Both the position numbers and the translations under genes were made by a program. Under the pieces are notes generated by a model, which saw only the letters and a program-made list of their open reading frames with translations, had not been told where the DNA came from and did not search any database. A DNA stretch of 63,896 bases, the filler included, from Folioceros fuciformis (taxonomy: Eukaryota): the NCBI GenBank assembly GCA_049999805.1. It is 6 parts of 6 records of this genome, joined end to end, with 100 filler letters (N's around TTAATTAATTAA, not from the genome) between each part and the next. Parts side by side here need not be neighbours in the genome. Positions count along the whole stretch, not along the records: positions 52,922 to 61,116 come from JBNGIO010004084.1; positions 61,217 to 63,896 come from JBNGIO010004190.1; 4 more parts are not named here. One strand, written 5' to 3'. This document shows positions 57,562 to 63,896 of the stretch, one piece after another. How positions within the stretch are numbered: position 1 is the stretch's first letter; each line of letters starts with the position of its first letter.

Positions 57562-60500
57562 ATGGCTGCTGCCGGGAAGAAGCTCATCAACGATCCCAAC
57601 GGTACTTCTCTCTGCGCTTGCTCGCTCCTCGCCTCCTGCTCCAGGCTGCCAATTCTGTTGCGGACCCGCCCAATTGCGCGCGTGCTCTGCCTCTGCTGCT
57701 GGACTGGGAAATGCTGATGCTCTTTTGCCTGCTTCTGCTCCCGTTTCTGCCCGCAATCAAGCATTGGCTCTTCTCCAGCTTGGACAATGCGTTTGGCGTG
57801 AGGGATCTGCGGGGTGGGAGAGCTCGGGGCGTGCGTGTTTGCTTGCCTCCGTGTGTCTGTGTGGGGAGTACCGGTGGTGTACGGGGAAAGGGAGCCCGGT
57901 CGTACGTTCGAGGTTGTGGAGGTGGCATGTGGGGATGGGGAATGGCTCCATGGTGTGGGTGTTGGATTTGGCTCATTGCGTCGTATTGCTGGGTTTCTGG
58001 GAGCTAGGGTCTCGGGGAGATCGTACGGTAAGGTGTTGCTTGTGCGGGTGCCGGTGTGGTGGGTGAAATGCGGTGCTCACCACGGTGTGTTGTTTCATGG
58101 CTTGGCAGATGTGGTGGTGGAATTTATCCAGGGGCTCGTGGAGACGTACCCCAATTTGGTGTATTTGGATGGTTTTCCGGAGGTATGTGGGGTGCTTGGC
58201 CTTCTGGGGATTGAGCCGGGCTGATGCGCTTGAGGTTCGACGGTTGCTTTGTTGTGTGTCCTATGGCAGGTGAAGGTGGTTCTCAGAGCTGATGTCGTTC
58301 GGGGGAGTTATGACAAGGTCGCCGTGATATCAGGTGAGGTGCTGGGATGACTTGGGTGGGTGCTCTCAGGCCTGTCAGATGCCAGAATGCAAGGACTGTA
58401 GTGTTTGAAAGTGCATGACAGTTGTGCGTTGCTGCCGTGATTGCCACGCACGTGGACTGCTCTTGAGCAGGAGGAGGGAGTGGTCATGAGCCTGCCCATG
58501 CAGGGTATGTTGGTGTGGGCATGCTGACGGCTGCCATTTGTGGGGATGTCTTTACTTCGCCACCGTGCGATGCTATCCTGGCTGTGAGTTTTCCTTGTTC
58601 TTTGTGCTTTCCCTCGTGTTGAGAGGGCCAGATCTTCTGGATGGGGAGGGGAGGGGAGGGTAGGGGCCTTTGCTGGCAGTTCCTATAACTTGGCTTTGTT
58701 GTATCGTGTAGGGCATTCGTGCGGTTACGGGGCCTCCTGGTTGTCTGCTCGTCGTTAAGGTCAGTCAGCCTATGAATGTAACCTTTCCGACCTGCGAGTA
58801 GGATGCCAAACAGGGAAGAGCCCTTGTCTGATGCCCGCAGCCATGACACGTGCAGAACTACACCGGGGACCGACTGCACTTTGGGCTTGCGGCAGAACAA
58901 GCGAAAGCAGAAGGATACAAAGTGGAGGTTCGTCAAAGCCGGAAGAAACTGTGGGACTGTCCTCGAAGAGAGTTGGTTTTCGTTTCTCAAGCTGATTGCA
59001 TTTTCGATACTTGATCTTGCTGACAGATGGTCATAGTGGGAGATGATTGTGCCCTGCCTCCACCGCGGGGTCTGGCTGGTCGCCGAGGACTTGCAGGGAC
59101 GCTGTTTGTGCATAAGGTAAGAACCCATGCTCGGGAGGTCTGATTGTCTGAAACGTGTGCTGCTTCAGTAGCATTTTGTCTGGCCGAGAGGTGAAGTCGC
59201 AGGAGTTGGGGCAAACGGTTGGAGCTCACAACAGGTTGGGCATAAACAGGTTGCAGGGGCAGCGGCAGCTGCTGGCCTCAGCCTTCAAGAAGTCGCTGCA
59301 GAGGCCCGCAGAGTATCACAACTCGTTGGGACGATGGGGGTCGCTTTAACTGTTTGCACTCTTCCGGGGCAGCTGATGTCCGAACGTCTCGGATCTGGAG
59401 AGATGGAGCTGGGCCTTGGAATTGTAAGATTTCTGTGAAAAAGTCCACCGTACCATCCTGGGTCACCGTTAAGATACGATGTACGGGTCACGTTGCTTCG
59501 TAGGTTCGAGGTGGGTTTGATCGTTGAGGCTGGTAGGGTGTGGATGAACTTTGCTATTCAGGGATGGTTGCAAAAGTGTGACGACCTGGCATGAGCGCGT
59601 GCCCCACCTCAGGCAGCGTGTGGGTGAATCCTCTCATGCTGATCTTAGTTTCCACCTGCAGACCACCCTCAATTTGCATCAACTAGTGGCTCAATTGACA
59701 AAGCTCATGAGCTAAGAGATTACGTACGCGTTTGCAGCATGGTGAACGAGGAGCCAAAGTGGACGTCCTCCAGCCTGTGGATTACGTGGTGTCGAATGTG
59801 CTGAAGACGATTCTATCTCCGGTACGGCTTTGCTTTTCTTTTGTTGTTGTGTTGTGGCGGCCTGGATAACTTTGGAAGTCCTGCACTGAATCACACCTTT
59901 GTGATGCCTCCAGGAAACACAGTACACTCAGATCAAGCGAGGGAGCAGAGTTGCCCTCATGGTCAACAGGTGGGGTGGTTTTGGGGTGTGACCAGATTGT
60001 TTGATCGATTGCCAATGGTCAAGAGTTGTAAGGGACTGCTCCCCATGTTCATGGAGTCTCTGATTATCACTCTCCTTTGTGAACAGTCTCGGTGCAACGC
60101 CTCTGATGGAGGTCATGATCGCCGCGGGGAGAGCAGTTGCACAGCTCCAGCTGGAGCATGGGCTCGCTGTGGAACGTGTTTACTCAGGAACTTTCATGAC
60201 GTCTCTCGATATGGCAGGCAAGGATCTACAGACCCCGACACTCTCTACAAGTTTTTTGGTGCTAGCTAGCTGTAGTCCACGCCAAACTGTAGCTCAAGCT
60301 CCCTGTGACTGTTGTGTGTGTTGTGGCCCGACCTCGAGCAGGACTTTCTCTCTCAGTTTTGAAGGTGGACGATGGCATTCTGCAGAGGCTCGATTCTCCT
60401 ACCAGGGCTCCTGCTTGGCCCGTTGGCGTTGATGGTATGTTGAACGTCAACCTCTTTGGTGTAAACCCCTGGTGTTTGTCTCTCATGAAAGTGGGCACGT

Positions 60501-61116
60501 TGGAAATGACAGAAAGATCAACACCTGGGCATGATGCAAATACGTTGTAGACTTCATGAAGATAGCTTGCCGTTCCCTCTTGAGCTTTGCCTGGTCTGTC
60601 ATGGCTGTCTGTTTTTCTTTCAGGGCCGCGTCCCCCGACAACTTTGCCCGTGCCGCTTGCCCCTGACCCCTCCAAGTCAGTTGTGGTATGTCATCATGCT
60701 AATTGCTTGAGCAATCTCTGGATCGTGCCGCCACCGTGCAGAAGTGTCTGTTTTCCATCTCCACAAGTGTACCTGAAAGTCACATGCCATGATGGTGTGC
60801 ACAGGTGCCCCAAAGACCTCAGGAGCTCACCAAGCACGGTCTCCTGTTAGAACAAGCCATCCGTGCAGCTGCAGAGGAGCTCATTAAGCATACAAAGGTT
60901 CTGAACGATTACGATAGCAAAGTTGGTGACGGAGATTGTGGGATAACAGTAAGAACTTTTTCCCAACTTTTGATTTCACAACACTTCCCTGGAGTTGAAT
61001 TTCTCGTTCTCAACGTCCTATCTTCATTCTGCTTTCACCGTAGATGGCGAAGGCTGCCACAGCAATTCTGGACGACATGAAAAAGCGGTAAGGACTTCAA
61101 GTTCGCCTCTCTAAGC
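57562..61116 (+). CDS. DAK: Dihydroxyacetone kinase / triose kinase (Dak1-Dak2), multi-exon, 3' end lost in gap
   Basis: [13 protein letters not shown] / [14 protein letters not shown] / KVAVISG / [14 protein letters not shown] / NYTGDRL / [13 protein letters not shown] / EMELGLGI / HGE / [14 protein letters not shown] / [10 protein letters not shown]. Confidence 0.97.
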
Positions 61117-61216
61117 NNNNNNNNNNNNNNNNNNNNNNNNNNNNNNNNNNNNNNNNNNNNTTAATTAATTAANNNNNNNNNNNNNNNNNNNNNNNNNNNN
61201 NNNNNNNNNNNNNNNN

Positions 61217-61650
61217 GAGTTCCCCAATTTATTTTGTTTTAGAGCCTTGTTTAAGCGCTCGTAATTTGAGATTCTGCATCTTGGTTTTCTAACCTAGTTC
61301 TAACGCTATCCAATCATGGCAGGGACTTCATCTCAACAGGTTATGGGCCCACACATGCAAGGGACCATCACCCTGCAAGTGATTTCCAAGTTTGGAGGTG
61401 ACAACTTCAACTTGTGGAAATTCAAGATGCAATGCTGTTGGCTGAAAAAGGCCTTTGGGGAATTGTGTCGGGGACTGAAGTGCGTCCCATTCAACCGGAG
61501 AGACAGCCCAAGTGGGATGAGTATGCAGGCAAGGCATTTGCAAACATTTGTTTCAACCTCGAAGATGCACAATTGATGCATGTAACTACTTGCAAGTCAG
61601 CAAGGGAAGCTTGGTTGAAATTAGAGGCCTTATATGAGAACAAAATAGCG
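61217..61650 (+). mobile_element. Ty1/copia 5' end: LTR end (CA at 61338), half-tRNA-Met PBS, and interrupted gag
   Basis: ...CTCAACA GGTTATGGGCCCA, then KFGGDNFNLWKFKM / LLAEKGLWGIVSG...CKSAREAWLKLEALYE. Unrelated sequence follows. Confidence 0.85.
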
Positions 61651-62304
61651 TGAACGGGATCGATAGGGTAGGAAAGATGAGTAATGAATGAATTCTTAAA
61701 AAATGTGTGAGTGTGTGAGGCCTTTATGGCCGTGTCCCGTGAACCAATACGACGGTTGACGGGTAATCGTTCTTTAGGGCACGGTTCGTGCCTGTTCGTA
61801 TTCTATATGTATATTTAACTAAGGACTACGCTTAGCGCCGGGAAGCGGGATATATTAGGGCAACCNNNNNNNNNNNNNNNNNNNNNNNNNNNNNNNNNNN
61901 NNNNNNNNNNNNNNNNNNNNNNNNNNNNNNNNNNNNNNNNNNNNNNNNNNNNNNNNNNNNNNNNNTGGCGGCATTTCTCACTTGGATGGCAGCTTTGTTC
62001 CATTGCTCTTGCTGTTGGAACTGGTCGGCGTCGCTGCCTGGGAGGAAAAAAGATTTGCCGAGAGGTGTTCGGTTCTAAATCCTCCCACTCCTGATGAGGA
62101 GGATTTCCGCAAGCTGTCGCCGTGTCCAGGCCTTGAGATGATTCTTGATGCTGCTGATTGTGATCCAGAGGGTAACCTGGTCTTCAGGTATGCTCCGTTT
62201 TGGAGAAGTCCTGAGGCGGAGGTGAAAAAGGCAGGATTATAGTTGTCTTGCCTGCACACACACAGGAGTAAAGCAAGGTAGCAATTCTCTTGTGCGTATG
62301 AATC

Positions 62305-63896
62305 TCTCCCCCACTATCTATGACGAGGCTAACCCTCTGAGTGGGCATGTGCGTGCTTGTGCTGTGTAGGTGTGCGAGAGTCAAGAACTTGGTTGAGTGT
62401 CGAGCCCTAGACCCTTGCAGTGAGCGGTGTGTCTGTCCTTTGGGAGTGACTTAGTGAGTAGGTCTGCCACGTTTTGCTCTGTGGGTACGTAAACTAGGTC
62501 GATTTCTCCGGAGGCTACTATCTGCCTGATATAGTGATGTTTGACGGCTATGTGCCTGGTCCGAGAGTGGTGCACTGGATTTCTGGACAGGGCTATGGCT
62601 AACTGGTTGTCGCAGTAGACAGTTGTGGCTCCGAGTTGAGGAAAACCCACAGACGCCATGAACAGGCGGTTGTAGACTATTTCTTGAGTGGCTGCAGTTG
62701 CGGCCGTATATTCTGCCTCGGTGCTAGAGAGTGCGACCATAGTCTGCTTCTTCGACGTCCAGCTGACTGCTCCTCCAGAGAGGATTGTACAATTGGCAGT
62801 GATTGACTGTCTAGAGTCTTCATCACTTGCCCAATCAGAGTCAGAGTAGCAGATGAGTAGTGGAAACTTTCCTTGTGACTCGTATTTGAGTCCAAGGTGC
62901 TGCGTTCCTTTTAAATAGCGTAGGACTCTCTTAATCCCTGTCTAGTGTGCAATGCCAGGGTCAGCAAGAAATCTTGAGAAGACTCATGCAGCCGGAGCTA
63001 CATCAGGTCTTGTCCACCCGCTCAGGATGTAGACGTTTGTGTCAGTATCACTCTGACTGAATCCAGACTTGACCAAGTAAGCATGAATCTTCTGGTACCA
63101 TATCCTTGGCGCTTGTTTTAAGCCGTACAGGCTCTTCCTTAACTTGCATACCTTATGTGGTTCAGTCTTACTGACATATCCCTCAGGCTGGGTGATATAC
63201 ATTTCCTCGTCTATTTCACCATGCAGGAAAGCGGTCTTGACGTCCATTTGGTGAATATCCAACTTGCATTCAACAGCCAAGGCAAAGAGCATCCTTACAA
63301 AGGAGGCTCGTACAACAGGTGAGAACGTCTCATGAAAGTCCAGTCCCTCGACCTGCTTGTATCCATGAACGACGTATCTTGCCTTATATCTGGCCACTGA
63401 CCCATCAGGATTCAAATTTTTCTTAAACACCCATTTGCCTGTGAGTGGTTTGCGTCCTGGAGGCAGGTCTACCAGCTCCTAAGTCTGATTATCAATAAGA
63501 GACTGGTATTCAGAGTCTATGCCAACCTTCAAGAGCTTGCCTTCTGGGGAGGTCAGTGCTTCCTTCAGGGTAGCAGGTTCTCCGAGGTCCTGAGCTGCTA
63601 TCAGGGCGCGTGCAACGTAGTTATGAGGTATGCGAAAGTCATAAGTTGCGGGAGCATCTGAGCTGGCTGCAAGGTTTGCGTGCTGTCTTCGATACTCTTC
63701 ATCCAATTCGTAGCTCAGTGGTTTGTATGTCCACTGACTTGGATCTGTGGTATGACTCCTAGCAAATCTCCTCAGTTCTTGTGGTGCCTGAACTACTTCC
63801 TCAGCGACCTCTGAAGAGAGTTGCTCCACATTCTTCTCAACTTCAGGAAGAGGAGAAGGTGGGGGACTTTCGTTAGTCACATTGTCATGATCCTCA
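62305..63896 (-). mobile_element. Ty1/copia pol 3' part (RT-RNase H), decayed with an internal deletion
   Basis: EPATLKEAL, RYKARYVVHG, HQMDVKTAFLHG, LYGLKQAPRIW, VALSSTEAEY, ADLLTKSLP. PPT-like AGTGGGGGAG at ~62306-62315. Confidence 0.92.

Overview
Eukaryotic land-plant nuclear DNA: short ~80-130 bp spliceosomal introns, GC-rich genes and plant-specific families. A non-seed plant such as a bryophyte or lycophyte is a weak inference. The window is six sequence pieces joined by artificial 100-bp N44-TTAATTAATTAA-N44 spacers, so adjacency across those joins is unproven. Host genes: 5' end of a glucose/ribitol-dehydrogenase-type SDR, a germin-like protein, a DUF4220/DUF594 protein, an F-box gene plus an F-box pseudogene, two tandem LRR receptor-like genes (the complete one has no transmembrane anchor), an intronless PLATZ factor, an atypical cyclophilin-like PPIase, two L-type-LecRK-like kinases without a lectin ectodomain, and a dihydroxyacetone kinase cut by a gap. 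Mobile DNA: a MULE-like element (long TIRs, perfect 9-bp TSD) with a PIF/Harbinger nested inside it, five decayed Ty1/copia pieces, a MULE transposase remnant and many minisatellites. The most notable hidden feature is at 16548-17192 (-). Three short ORFs there read as one frame encoding a bacterial/phage-type beta-class (N6_N4_Mtase) DNA amino-methyltransferase, broken only by two TAG stops. It is flanked by an array of spaced GC-rich palindromes and a second tandem repeat, which suggests a mobile-element-borne 4mC/6mA methyltransferase system in a plant genome.
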